A stretch of 64,000 nt of DNA from Promethearchaeota archaeon (lineage in GTDB: Archaea > Asgardarchaeota > Lokiarchaeia > Sigyniarchaeales > SOKP01): the NCBI GenBank assembly GCA_019058445.1, contig JAHPZA010000006.1, forward strand, positions 64,001 through 128,000, in the 5' to 3' direction. Below the pieces are notes generated by a model. It did not search any database. It was not told the origin of the DNA and saw only the letters and a program-made list of their open reading frames with translations. Positions 1 through 10,048 of the stretch are shown one piece after another (position 1 is the stretch's first letter; every line of letters begins with the position of its first letter). The translations under genes were made by a program, and so were the position numbers.

Positions 1-1028
1 ATTACCCACAATTGAAAGATTTGGATCTTGTGAAAAAGAATTATATCGCAATGTATTCCGCTGATGGCCATATACTCGAACATAGTTTTGAAGAAACGGA
101 TGTTAATCCAATAGTTATAGATCGGTTAGAATTTGATAATTTAATTAGGAATATTGCTGTGGATGCTGGTGCAGAGCTGTTTGATAAAAATATTTCATAC
201 GATTTTATATACAAAGATCAAAAAAAAATTGGAATTAGAACTAAAACACCCTCAGGTACAAACGAATATCTTGCAAATATTATTGTTGTTGCTGATGGAA
301 TGAGCTCTAAATTAGCCCATAAATCGGGATTAAGAGAGAAGTGGAGCCCTCTGAATATTGGTATAGGGAAAGCAGAGATTTTAGAAGGAAAAAATAATCT
401 AAATGAGAAGGGTTCTTATTTCTTTTTTAAAAAATATGGATATGGTTGGATTTTTCCAATAGATAAACAGAAGTTCAACATTGGGACTATTACGTATTAC
501 GAAAATAATCTAAAGTATAATATTAGAAATCTTTTTGAAGAATTTCTTCACGAATCGCAAAATAGGAATTTTTTATCAAAAGAGGCTTATAAAGTAATAT
601 GGTCGGCTATTTTTCCGGAGCCTGCCACAGGAGTGTTAGAAAAAAGTCTCTATGATGACAATATCATCATCGTTGGTGATGCAGCGGGATTTGTAGGGCC
701 AATAAGTGGAGAAGGGATTCATGGTGCTATTATCTCCGGTCAGATTGCAGGAGAAACATCGGTAAATGCCTTGAAGAATGATGATTTCACTGCTAATTCT
801 CTGAAGGGTTTCAAAAAACATCCTAAAATTAAAAATTTAATTAGATTATTCAAATTTCAGCGAAATTTAGTAACCTTTTTTTATGAAAATGAGGGTGAAA
901 ACCTTAATAAGCTCTTTAAGATGGTGGAAGAAAGTAAAGAATTTAAACAGATTGTAATAAATACCTTTATCTTCGGTCAAAATCCCCCGAAAGATTTTAT
1001 TTCAAGAATAAAAGGAAGTAAAAATTAA
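1..1028 (+). CDS. Geranylgeranyl reductase-family flavoprotein (5' truncated by window start)
   Basis: Frame is open from the window edge (YPQLKDL, matching YPQLKEL of the next paralog); motifs DRLEFD, VADG, YGYGWIFP, GDAAG..PISGEGI. Confidence 0.9.
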   Translation, partial: YPQLKDLDLVKKNYIAMYSADGHILEHSFEETDVNPIVIDRLEFDNLIRNIAVDAGAELFDKNISYDFIYKDQKKIGIRTKTPSGTNEYLANIIVVADGMSSKLAHKSGLREKWSPLNIGIGKAEILEGKNNLNEKGSYFFFKKYGYGWIFPIDKQKFNIGTITYYENNLKYNIRNLFEEFLHESQNRNFLSKEAYKVIWSAIFPEPATGVLEKSLYDDNIIIVGDAAGFVGPISGEGIHGAIISGQIAGETSVNALKNDDFTANSLKGFKKHPKIKNLIRLFKFQRNLVTFFYENEGENLNKLFKMVEESKEFKQIVINTFIFGQNPPKDFISRIKGSKN

Positions 1029-1073
1029 TATCAATTAGTAGCAGTTAAATATTTTAAAAAATGTGGTAAAAAT

Positions 1074-2252
1074 ATGTATGATGTGGTAATTTCAGGAGCC
1101 GGTCCAGCAGGCTCCAGATGTGCTGAGATTTTAGCAAAGAATGGATTTAAAGTTGCCCTGATTGAAAAGAATGTAAATTGGAGGAAACCATGTGGTGGAG
1201 GTGTAAGCGCAAGGATAATGTCCAAATATTATCCTCAATTGAAAGAGTTGAATCCACTCCGATTAAATGGTGCGCTGATGTTTTCTGCAGAATATTATAA
1301 AATGGGATATAGTTGGGAAGAGCAAGGTACTGATTCAATAATAATGGATCGATTGGAATTCGATAATTTCATAAGAAACGTAGCAGTGGATGCCGGTGCG
1401 GAGCTTTTTGATAAAAATATCTCATTTGATTTCATAGTCAAAGATCAGAAAAAAGTAGGGATAAGAACTAAAACTCCAGATGGGGTAAAAGAGTATTTAG
1501 GTAAAATTATTATAATTGCTGATGGAATGAGCTCTAAATTGGCAGTAAAGTCTGGTTTACGAGAACGCTGGAAAATTGAAGATATAGGACTAGCCAAATG
1601 CTCGATTTTAGAGGGTGAAAATAATTTAGAGAAAAACAAAATGTATCTTTATTTTAGGCGATATAAAGGGTATGGATGGATTTTTCCAATAAGTGAGAAA
1701 AGGTTTAATATTGGGTGCGGTACATTCGCAGAAGATAATCTTAAGTACAATCTTAACCAGATTTTTGATGATTTTAAAAATGATCCTAATATTAAGCAGT
1801 ATTTTCCTCTATCTAAATATAAAGAGATATGGACAGGGTCTTATCCGCTATCCGCCATAGGAGTTTTGGAAAAATCATTAATAAAAGATAATATAATGAT
1901 CATTGGAGATGCCGCGGGATTCGTATCTCCGATTAGTGGGGAAGGCATTCATCCAAGTATCGTATCAGGCCAAATAGCCGCTGAAGCCGCAATACAAGCT
2001 CTCCAAAGTAATGATATTTCCAATCGAACCTTAAAATCTTATAAACAACATCCTTATATTAAGAAGATCCTTAGAAATTTCAAACTGAAACGTTCTATGG
2101 TCGAATTCTTTTACGAAAATAATGGGAAAAACCTTGATACAATGTTTAAATTAGCTAAAGATGACATTGATTTTAGAGATCAGGTTATTAAGATGTTCTT
2201 TTTCAATGCAGCTCCCTCAAAAGAGTTTTTTGCAAAAATCAGAGCTTCATAG
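1074..2252 (+). CDS. Geranylgeranyl reductase-family flavoprotein
   Basis: GAGPAG Rossmann motif, KPCGGG, IADG, GYGWIFP, GDAAGFVSPISGEGI. Confidence 0.92.
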   Translation: MYDVVISGAGPAGSRCAEILAKNGFKVALIEKNVNWRKPCGGGVSARIMSKYYPQLKELNPLRLNGALMFSAEYYKMGYSWEEQGTDSIIMDRLEFDNFIRNVAVDAGAELFDKNISFDFIVKDQKKVGIRTKTPDGVKEYLGKIIIIADGMSSKLAVKSGLRERWKIEDIGLAKCSILEGENNLEKNKMYLYFRRYKGYGWIFPISEKRFNIGCGTFAEDNLKYNLNQIFDDFKNDPNIKQYFPLSKYKEIWTGSYPLSAIGVLEKSLIKDNIMIIGDAAGFVSPISGEGIHPSIVSGQIAAEAAIQALQSNDISNRTLKSYKQHPYIKKILRNFKLKRSMVEFFYENNGKNLDTMFKLAKDDIDFRDQVIKMFFFNAAPSKEFFAKIRAS

Positions 2253-2436
2253 AGCACCTTTCTAAAGATACTTTGCATATAAATCAAAATATGTAGTGAT
2301 TCAAATTCCATTGATAATTGGCAAATTTGCTATAAGAGTATAATGAATAGTTAAATTAAAAAAGAAGTTATTATGAAATCCAAATAGTAAACAAATTTAA
2401 TAGTGATTTGTTTTTATCAAAACTGGAGAGAAAAAA

Positions 2437-3048
2437 ATGGTTGGACAACAACAAAATTATTGTTCTGAATGTGGTAGCCCCGTTAAAATTGGTGAAAATT
2501 ATTGTGCTTTCTGTGGTGTCAAGTTAAATGAAGTAAGTCCAATTGAACATTTCGCTAAAGCCTCATCAGAATTGCCAATAAAAGGTTGGGAAGTAACATC
2601 CGAAAAAATTAGTAAACATGAAAAATTAATAAATGAATTTCCTATAGGTAATTATATTATTACTTCGAGATGTAAACTTGATAAACATTTTGGTTATATC
2701 GTAGTGAGTGATAATGGTTTTGCTTGGAGGATAAAGGAGGGTTTTAGAACAGCATCGTGGAATTATGGAAAAAAGAAATGGGTAAGATGGTATGATGTAT
2801 ATAGTATCACTCCCAAAAAACTTGGTGAAATAGAGATAGTAGTAAAATTACGAAAGAATGGAGCTTTACAATTGGACAATAACGGGAATTATAAAACCAA
2901 AAAATGGAAACTCGCAATATACAAAAATACACGAGAGAATTCAGAGGATTGGAATAAACGATTAGAGAGTTTTAATGAAATTATACTAGAGATATATAAT
3001 CGGAATAAAGTAGATACAGATCCACATGTTAGTGATTCTGTAATTTGA
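2437..3048 (+). CDS. Zinc-ribbon protein with possible PH-like C-terminal domain
   Basis: N-terminal CSECG..YCAFCG; C-terminal beta-rich segment (GYIVVSDNGFAWR..VRWYDVYSI) followed by a terminal helix. Confidence 0.6.
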   Translation: MVGQQQNYCSECGSPVKIGENYCAFCGVKLNEVSPIEHFAKASSELPIKGWEVTSEKISKHEKLINEFPIGNYIITSRCKLDKHFGYIVVSDNGFAWRIKEGFRTASWNYGKKKWVRWYDVYSITPKKLGEIEIVVKLRKNGALQLDNNGNYKTKKWKLAIYKNTRENSEDWNKRLESFNEIILEIYNRNKVDTDPHVSDSVI

Positions 3049-3125
3049 TTGTTATTTTTTTAAAGCATAAAATCGAGCTTTCAATATCCATTTTTTAAAG
3101 GATGATAATTGAGTGAATTAAACTA

Positions 3126-4079
3126 TTAAGTATTCAAAATCCATTGATTATTGGCAACTTCAATAACTTTTCCTTGTTCTAACAGTTCACTAATATGACT
3201 CATAATCATATTGGTTTCAAAAAAATAGAGGATACCATCTCCTTCTCTGGTTTTTATATACTTTTCACTAAAAAACAAGCCTTTAAAGATTAAATCATCT
3301 AAACTGACAGGATTATCAGAATTGAGCATGTTTAGAATATTCTTATTAATATTATCCATTTTAATTAGTAGGTCATTAAAGATCGCAGGTTGTTTTTCGA
3401 ACAATATCGGACCATGCCCGCTTGTAATGATATAATCGTCATTTATGTAAATATTTTCAAGTTTTTTAATGGATTCTCTTACATCTTTTAAATTACTATA
3501 TTTAAAGCCGTACCAAGCACCCATTTTTGTCAAGCCAATATCTGAAACGAATAGGATCTTCCGATTATGTTCAGTTGTATCTTCAATCAAGAAAGCGGTT
3601 TGACCCGGTGAGTGCCCTGGTATATGAATTGTTTTAAGACGTATATTATCGAATTCAAATTCAGTTCCAGGAGTAAAACCTATTACTGAATGTAATTCCT
3701 TGAAATTTAATTGTTTAAAAGCAAAGTGCTTAAACTCATCACCAATTCCAAAATCGAGTGTACCATTTGCCTTAATAAACTTATTAAAATCCTTTAAAAA
3801 TTCATGTTCTGGATTTGGACAATAAATTTTAATGTTAGAATCATATTCTTCATAAAAATGTAAATTATATACGTGATCTAAATGGACATGAGACACGAAA
3901 TATGCTTCTATTTGATTTTTAGTTAATGTTTTAATCTCTTCTTTATAAAAGCAATTACAATCAATCAAGATATCTCCCAGACTCTTATTTTTGATTACAA
4001 TGCCATTGCATTTAAACCAAAATTGAGAATCAGAATATATAAGAAAGACTCCATCGACTATTTTTTCAAAAATCAACAT
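3126..4079 (-). CDS. Metallo-beta-lactamase-fold hydrolase
   Basis: SHVHLDH, PGHSPG, FVSD, SGHG. Confidence 0.88.
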   Translation of the reverse strand: MLIFEKIVDGVFLIYSDSQFWFKCNGIVIKNKSLGDILIDCNCFYKEEIKTLTKNQIEAYFVSHVHLDHVYNLHFYEEYDSNIKIYCPNPEHEFLKDFNKFIKANGTLDFGIGDEFKHFAFKQLNFKELHSVIGFTPGTEFEFDNIRLKTIHIPGHSPGQTAFLIEDTTEHNRKILFVSDIGLTKMGAWYGFKYSNLKDVRESIKKLENIYINDDYIITSGHGPILFEKQPAIFNDLLIKMDNINKNILNMLNSDNPVSLDDLIFKGLFFSEKYIKTREGDGILYFFETNMIMSHISELLEQGKVIEVANNQWILNT

Positions 4080-4282
4080 ATAAAGAAAATAAATTATAAA
4101 AAGAAATAAGATTTTTGATATGGGTGTATGGAAAAGAAATTTTAGTCTTTTAATTCAGATCATCAAAAACTCTATAAATTTTCTTGTAAATACATAATAA
4201 CTCGAATATATTTTAACAATCTTTTTCTCATGAAGTTATAAATTTAAAAAATGATGAAGTGTAGTTATACTTAGTGATATAA

Positions 4283-4972
4283 ATGAAGAGGTCAGAGATT
4301 AATAAAATAATGAGGAATGCAATAAAATTTTTTGAAGAACAAAAGTTTTACATGCCTAAATTTGCGTATTGGACAATTGAAGATTGGAAATCCAAGGGTG
4401 AAGAGATTCATGAAATTATTGCTAACCATTTAGGGTGGGATATTACTGATTATGGAAGGGGAGATTTCTCAAACATTGGTTTATTGCATTTTACTATTAG
4501 AAATGGTAATATAAAGGATCTCTTTAAAGGTGGGAAACCGTATTGCGAAAAAATTATGATTTTAGAAGAGGGTCAAGCTCTACCTATGCATTATCATTAT
4601 AGTAAAATTGAAGACATAATTAACAGAGGTGGCGGCGTTCTTATGATTCAATTATATAATTCCACTGAAGACAGTCAGCTTGCAAAGACTGATGTATCTG
4701 TTTCCGTTGATGGTGTAAGCAAAACATTTGAAGCAGGTACTATCGTTGAATTAACTCCAGGAGAATCCATAACATTACAAAATAAGATATATCACAATTT
4801 TAAAGCTAAGGAGGGACATGGCAAGATTCTCATCGGTGAAGTATCCAGTGTAAATGACGATTATAGCGATAATAAATTTTTTGAAACAACCAAAAGATTC
4901 GGTAAAATAGAAGAGGATGAGGATCCCTTATATTTGCTTTACGAGGATTATGAGGAATTTATTAATATTTAG
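4283..4972 (+). CDS. D-lyxose/D-mannose ketol-isomerase family (cupin)
   Basis: MKRSEIN start, LGWDITD, FTIRNG, YCEKIM, PMHYH..KIEDIINRGGG, GEVSSVNDD. Confidence 0.9.
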   Translation: MKRSEINKIMRNAIKFFEEQKFYMPKFAYWTIEDWKSKGEEIHEIIANHLGWDITDYGRGDFSNIGLLHFTIRNGNIKDLFKGGKPYCEKIMILEEGQALPMHYHYSKIEDIINRGGGVLMIQLYNSTEDSQLAKTDVSVSVDGVSKTFEAGTIVELTPGESITLQNKIYHNFKAKEGHGKILIGEVSSVNDDYSDNKFFETTKRFGKIEEDEDPLYLLYEDYEEFINI

Positions 4973-4984
4973 ATACTTAAAAAA

Positions 4985-5000
4985 GTTTAGATATCTAAAC
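4985..5000. terminator. Perfect 16-bp palindrome between convergent genes; possible bidirectional terminator or protein site
   Basis: GTTTAGATATCTAAAC is self-complementary and sits in the 40-bp gap between the stops at 4972 (+) and 5013 (-). Confidence 0.3.
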
Positions 5001-5012
5001 CTAATTTATAAA

Positions 5013-6437
5013 CTACTTTTTTAGATGGTTTTTATGTTTCTCTAAAAATTCGTTATAACTACACATTACATCTAAAGATTTAGCAGCTAATTCAATGGAT
5101 TCAAAAATGGGAACTTTAAGGTTAAAAAGTTCCCTTTTAAAAAGCAATTTCCCTGCATAATCACTTGTATCATCTACAACTTTGTAGGCTATACATATAA
5201 GAGGTTTTTTCATTTCATTATAAGCTTTTTTTATTGCTTTACGAAAGTCATGGCTATAATTATATACCTTAATAAATACTACAGCGGAAATGTTTGGATC
5301 TGAGTCAAGAGTAACCAATGTTTGATAAAAAACATTAGGTATATTGCCAGAAGCACCTAAATCTAATGGATTTCTTAATATAGTATTTACATCTGGTAAA
5401 AATTCTTTAAATTTATCAATAGTTTCGGGAGCTAATTTTGGTATTTTCAGATTATATTGCTCAAAAACATCAGTAGTTTCGATAGAAGCTCCACCTCCTA
5501 CAGTTGTAATAGCCATATTTCGATCCATTGGAAAATGTGAGATATGATTAAAAACCATAGCTATATTAATCAATTCATGAGAATTATTTACCAAACAAGC
5601 TCCAGTCTGTTTTGCTACAGCTTGCCAAATTTTTTTATTTCCTGCTAAACCACCTGTATGTGACATTATTGCTTCTTTTGTAGCCTCTCCAGTACCCACT
5701 TTCCAGAGAAGAACAGGTTTCCCGGCTAAACTTAATTTTTTGACAACATCAAGAAACTTTCGACCAATTTCAATGCTTTTTATATTTTCTAAATAAAGAG
5801 CAACAGATTGAGTCTCCTTATCATTTAAAAAATACTCGAGAAAATCAACAAAATTTAAGTCAATTTGATTTCCAATAGATAAAACTTTACTCGGATTAGT
5901 CCCATAGATTGATTGGGCCATCGCAGCAACATAAATTGCTAAACCTCCCGATTGAAAAATCATTCCCAAACTACCAGAATGCTCTCTAAGTAACCCCAAT
6001 GAAAAAGTAAGCCTTATCTTAGGAACATACACTCCAAGGCAATTTGGACCTATTATTCGAATATCATATTTATTTGCTATATCTAGCAGTGCTTCTTCTA
6101 AATAATCATTTCCAATTTCACTAAATCCAGATGTAAAGATTGTAACAAACGGAATATTTTTCTTTCCACATTCTTCTAAGATTTGGGGACATAATTTGGC
6201 TGGAACTGCGATTATTACATAATCGATCTCATGATCGTCCTCAACATCTAATATTGATCCATATACCGTATAACCATTGAGTTTTTCTCCTTTGAGTCGA
6301 GGATTAAATAGATATAATGGTTTCTCAAAACCTAAATTCACTAAACTTTTTAGAAAATAGCCCCCACCAAAGAGTTTATCATTAACTCCGATAATTCCTA
6401 CAGATCTAGGATTAAATAATTTTTCAAAATTCACCAT
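5013..6437 (-). CDS. Acyl-CoA synthetase (NDP-forming) alpha subunit / CoA-binding protein
   Basis: LFNPRSVGIIG, RIIGPNCLG, QSGG, SIGNQ, SHTGGLAG phospho-His, NPLDL. Confidence 0.9.
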   Translation of the reverse strand: MVNFEKLFNPRSVGIIGVNDKLFGGGYFLKSLVNLGFEKPLYLFNPRLKGEKLNGYTVYGSILDVEDDHEIDYVIIAVPAKLCPQILEECGKKNIPFVTIFTSGFSEIGNDYLEEALLDIANKYDIRIIGPNCLGVYVPKIRLTFSLGLLREHSGSLGMIFQSGGLAIYVAAMAQSIYGTNPSKVLSIGNQIDLNFVDFLEYFLNDKETQSVALYLENIKSIEIGRKFLDVVKKLSLAGKPVLLWKVGTGEATKEAIMSHTGGLAGNKKIWQAVAKQTGACLVNNSHELINIAMVFNHISHFPMDRNMAITTVGGGASIETTDVFEQYNLKIPKLAPETIDKFKEFLPDVNTILRNPLDLGASGNIPNVFYQTLVTLDSDPNISAVVFIKVYNYSHDFRKAIKKAYNEMKKPLICIAYKVVDDTSDYAGKLLFKRELFNLKVPIFESIELAAKSLDVMCSYNEFLEKHKNHLKK

Positions 6438-6609
6438 TATTTCAAAAAGTTATTGGAAAGATATAAAGCTAATCGAGATCTTAATGAGAAATAGTTTTTT
6501 ATATAATTATCGGAAATGCTATCAAATATAAATTAATTCTATAATAATTTTATACTAATATTTTATCAAATTAAGTTTAAGCTAATGAGTCAATGTGGTA
6601 TTAGTATAA

Positions 6610-7143
6610 TTAAGACTTTTTAGTCGTTGCTTTATCAATGAGCGTTTCCGTCATAACATCAAATGCCTTTTCTACGTTCTGTCCCGTTTTTGAAGATAAT
6701 TCTACAAAAGAAGTTAAGTTATATTTTTTCGCAGCAAGTATTCCATCTTCTCTTGGAACTGCTCGAAATCTTTCTAAATCAAGTTTAGAACCGATTAACA
6801 TAATTGGAACATCTCCAGCATGTTCCCTAATAATTTGGGTCCAATCGGGGAGGTGGTCTAAAGTGATGCGGTTAGTAATATCATAGAGAAAAAAAGCCCC
6901 ATTTGCTCCCTTGCAATATTGTGAAAGAAGAAATCTAAAACGCTCCTCCCCTCCAAAATCCCAAATTTGTAATTTTACCTTATTATTATTAAAATCGGAT
7001 GTTTTTGAATAAAAATCAACACCAATGGTTAATTTTAGATCTTCGAGAAAAAATCCACTAATATACCTCAGGGTGAGCGATGTCTTACCAACACTAGCGT
7101 CGCCAAGGAGCATAATTTTAAAAGTATAATCGTAATCAGTCAT
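6610..7143 (-). CDS. Rab-like small GTPase
   Basis: G1 GDASVGKTS, TIGVDF, KLQIWDFGGE, RFR, YDIT, G4 GSKLD, G5 SSK. Confidence 0.95.
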   Translation of the reverse strand: MTDYDYTFKIMLLGDASVGKTSLTLRYISGFFLEDLKLTIGVDFYSKTSDFNNNKVKLQIWDFGGEERFRFLLSQYCKGANGAFFLYDITNRITLDHLPDWTQIIREHAGDVPIMLIGSKLDLERFRAVPREDGILAAKKYNLTSFVELSSKTGQNVEKAFDVMTETLIDKATTKKS

Positions 7144-7313
7144 GTCTTTCTGGAATTTACTATAACAATATATTGTAGATATTTTTGCCGTGATTTTTTT
7201 TTTAATTTAAATAAAATTAAAACTTCAACCTTACCTAATTAACTTAATTATATGATCTTTCTATATTTAATTTTTCTCAAAATAAATCTTAGTATTATTC
7301 AATCAAATTTAAA

Positions 7314-7967
7314 TTAAAATATTAAAATCAATATATTAAACAGTCCATGGGCAATTACGCATGGAATAAGTGAATTGTTAAAGATTTTAAAAAGCGATGA
7401 TAATATAACTCCAAAAATAAAATAATATCCGAAATAAGTGACGATGGTTGAAACAGGAACTAAAATTGGAGGAATGTGGTAGAACGCAAAAAAAATTGAA
7501 GAGAATAAAATTGCAACGCCCGTTTTTATCTTCCTTTCAAATTTTTTAATTATAAATCCTCGAAAAAAAGCCTCTTCGCAGACACTTACAAATAATATAT
7601 GCATAATTATAATTATTATCAATTGAAATAGATTAGGGGCAATTGGGGTGGTGTTAATAGTCCCCTCTTCTGCTTTTTTGACAAACGCATTACCAAAAAT
7701 GTTTTTAACTACAATATTTTTAAAGATAAAAATAACATAACCACCAATTAAAAATAATATGAACCCAATACTGACCCCTGCTAAGACTTTCATTATATTA
7801 TTAAGTAGTGAGTCTTCATTTTTTTGAAAGCCCATAAATTTTAATTCCTCGTGAATTGAAGTGTTTTCGATTTTACTAGCGATTAAAGCGGGGATGAAAA
7901 TAAATAGTAACTCTAAAAACATTATTCCTATTAAAATCCAAGGATAACCGCCTAATTCTATTGCCAT
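7314..7967 (-). CDS. CPBP (Abi/CAAX type II) intramembrane protease
   Basis: EEAFFRG, FAFYH, HGLFN motifs; multiple hydrophobic segments. Confidence 0.9.
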   Translation of the reverse strand: MAIELGGYPWILIGIMFLELLFIFIPALIASKIENTSIHEELKFMGFQKNEDSLLNNIMKVLAGVSIGFILFLIGGYVIFIFKNIVVKNIFGNAFVKKAEEGTINTTPIAPNLFQLIIIIIMHILFVSVCEEAFFRGFIIKKFERKIKTGVAILFSSIFFAFYHIPPILVPVSTIVTYFGYYFIFGVILSSLFKIFNNSLIPCVIAHGLFNILILIF

Positions 7968-8059
7968 TTTTAATTAGTTTTTGTGTGCTGTAAAATTGCT
8001 AAAAAATCAAAAAATCGAATCTCTCATCATTATTATTATTAATCCTTTTTATAATTCTT

Positions 8060-9346
8060 TTGATGACATTAAGAACTAATTCCATTAAGACAAGTGAAAG
8101 ACAATCGAATGCTTTATTATTTAAAAAAACAAATAGTATAATTGGTTTAACAAAAGAACAACTTCTTGCTAATAACCTAAAAAATATTGCATATCAATGT
8201 GTCGAATTGGAAAAATTGAAACAAAAGTTTACTGATATTATTCTTAAAAATATTAAAAGCTTAGATTTTTCAGAATTTATAGAATATCCAAAATTTTATA
8301 TTAAAGAGATGTATTTAAAAAAAGAGGTTAAATCATCAGATATTAGCGGTTTAAATATAGTGAGTGTTGACGGAAGCTCAGTTATTAAGAATTTTATGAA
8401 TGTAGATTTTTCATTTTTAAAAGCTATCGCTGTACAATACCATTTCTATAAAAATCATGTTGCTGATATAAAGTATTACCCGGATTTAAGTGGTTTTAAT
8501 TATTATTCAGTACAAGGTAATTTTATTAATAGAGAAGAATCTCTCATTGAAAATAAAATCTCAATGGATATGAATTTTATGGAAATAAATCTTTTAAATA
8601 ATATGATTGAATATTCTAATGATATTAATATAGATCTTATAATAATTGATGGATCCATTGTAATAATGCCGATAAATTTGCTGTTCTCACAAGATCCAGA
8701 GATATCTAAAAAATATGACAGATTATTGAGAGAATATCATAAATTATATTTAAATTGCAAGGAAAAAGGGATTATTTTAATTGGTTCCATCAAAGATACC
8801 AGAACTTCAGCATTATGCCATTTATTAAGAGATTCAATTCAATTACTAAAACCAAATACTTCAAATTTAAACGATTTTATTAAAAATAATTACCGTCAAC
8901 TTATGGACTACTTTTCTGATTTAGAATTATTTAATAAGATATTAAACAGATCTGAGAGGAGTTGCATATTTAACTGTAAACGAGAGATTGAAAAAATACG
9001 AGATACAGGAATAAAAAAGGAAATTCCTTATTACTTTCCTTTATCATTTTATGCTTTTTACCTCAAAACTGCTAAATATGATACTCCATGCAGGATTGAA
9101 TTTTTTATGGACGAAAATCATTCACTTAAAAAAGCCTCAGAAAAAGCGGATTTAATTTCTTCGATAATATTACCTATTTCAAGTTTAAATAACCATTATG
9201 GTCTACCAATTCCTCAAATTGAAGCCCATAGGAGGGCAGTCTTCAAGCCAGACGAATTAAATCTTTTATTTAAAAGTTTAGTGAGGACTTTAAACGAGCA
9301 TGGTGTGAAGTTATTAGAAAAACGGAGAAATCGTAGACCTTTTTAA
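8060..9346 (+). CDS. nurA: DNA double-strand break repair nuclease NurA
   Basis: SVDGS, IIIDGSI, GSIKD, RIEF, YGLPIPQIEAHRRA. Confidence 0.88.
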   Translation: MMTLRTNSIKTSERQSNALLFKKTNSIIGLTKEQLLANNLKNIAYQCVELEKLKQKFTDIILKNIKSLDFSEFIEYPKFYIKEMYLKKEVKSSDISGLNIVSVDGSSVIKNFMNVDFSFLKAIAVQYHFYKNHVADIKYYPDLSGFNYYSVQGNFINREESLIENKISMDMNFMEINLLNNMIEYSNDINIDLIIIDGSIVIMPINLLFSQDPEISKKYDRLLREYHKLYLNCKEKGIILIGSIKDTRTSALCHLLRDSIQLLKPNTSNLNDFIKNNYRQLMDYFSDLELFNKILNRSERSCIFNCKREIEKIRDTGIKKEIPYYFPLSFYAFYLKTAKYDTPCRIEFFMDENHSLKKASEKADLISSIILPISSLNNHYGLPIPQIEAHRRAVFKPDELNLLFKSLVRTLNEHGVKLLEKRRNRRPF

Positions 9347-10038
9347 TTACACTTTAATTCTAAACGATATAAATAAATATCCTCAAGGAAAACATGAATT
9401 TTATTCAAATAAGTTCTTTCGTAACCCTTCTGGGATATTAAATCATTTAATAAGTTTAAATTAATTCTACTTGAACATACATAATAGATGCGCGAATTTG
9501 AGTTAAAATTAAGATATGATCTTGCTTCACTTAAGAACCTCAAAAAAGTTTCAAAACCTAATTCTCCACCATTCCAACTATAATCTATGTTCTTCTTATT
9601 ACCATCTTTTTGCATCATATTAAAAGATGGCAAATAAGGTGGATTAAATACAATAACATCAAATGAATGTTTAAGTGTTATTGGAAAAGAATTAAAGAGA
9701 TCTGAATTAATAAAGGTAATTTCTCTCTCAAAATTATTTAACTTTTCATTATGTTTAGAAAGATGAATGGCTTCTTCTAAAATATCTGATGCATAAATGT
9801 TTGGATTAAATTTTGGAATTTTAGCTTTCATAATTTGGAGGGATAACGCAATATAGCCTGTTCCTGTACCCATATCTAAAATATTTCTAATGGTCTCTAA
9901 AGGAATTCCATCAAAAAAGTCAGAATCTATATGAACTTTAAAATAATCTATAATTAAATATGTATCGTCTGCTGGTCGATAAACATTTTCAAAATCGTAG
10001 TCTATAATGGGATCTGGAAAAATTTTAATCTTACTCAC
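9343..10038 (-). CDS. HemK2/MTQ2-like protein methyltransferase
   Basis: VYRPADDTYL, LDMGTGTG, FNPPYLP; position in the conserved archaeal rsmA cluster. Confidence 0.9.
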   Translation of the reverse strand: MSKIKIFPDPIIDYDFENVYRPADDTYLIIDYFKVHIDSDFFDGIPLETIRNILDMGTGTGYIALSLQIMKAKIPKFNPNIYASDILEEAIHLSKHNEKLNNFEREITFINSDLFNSFPITLKHSFDVIVFNPPYLPSFNMMQKDGNKKNIDYSWNGGELGFETFLRFLSEARSYLNFNSNSRIYYVCSSRINLNLLNDLISQKGYERTYLNKIHVFLEDIYLYRLELKCN

Positions 10039-10048
10039 GTTTCTTTAT

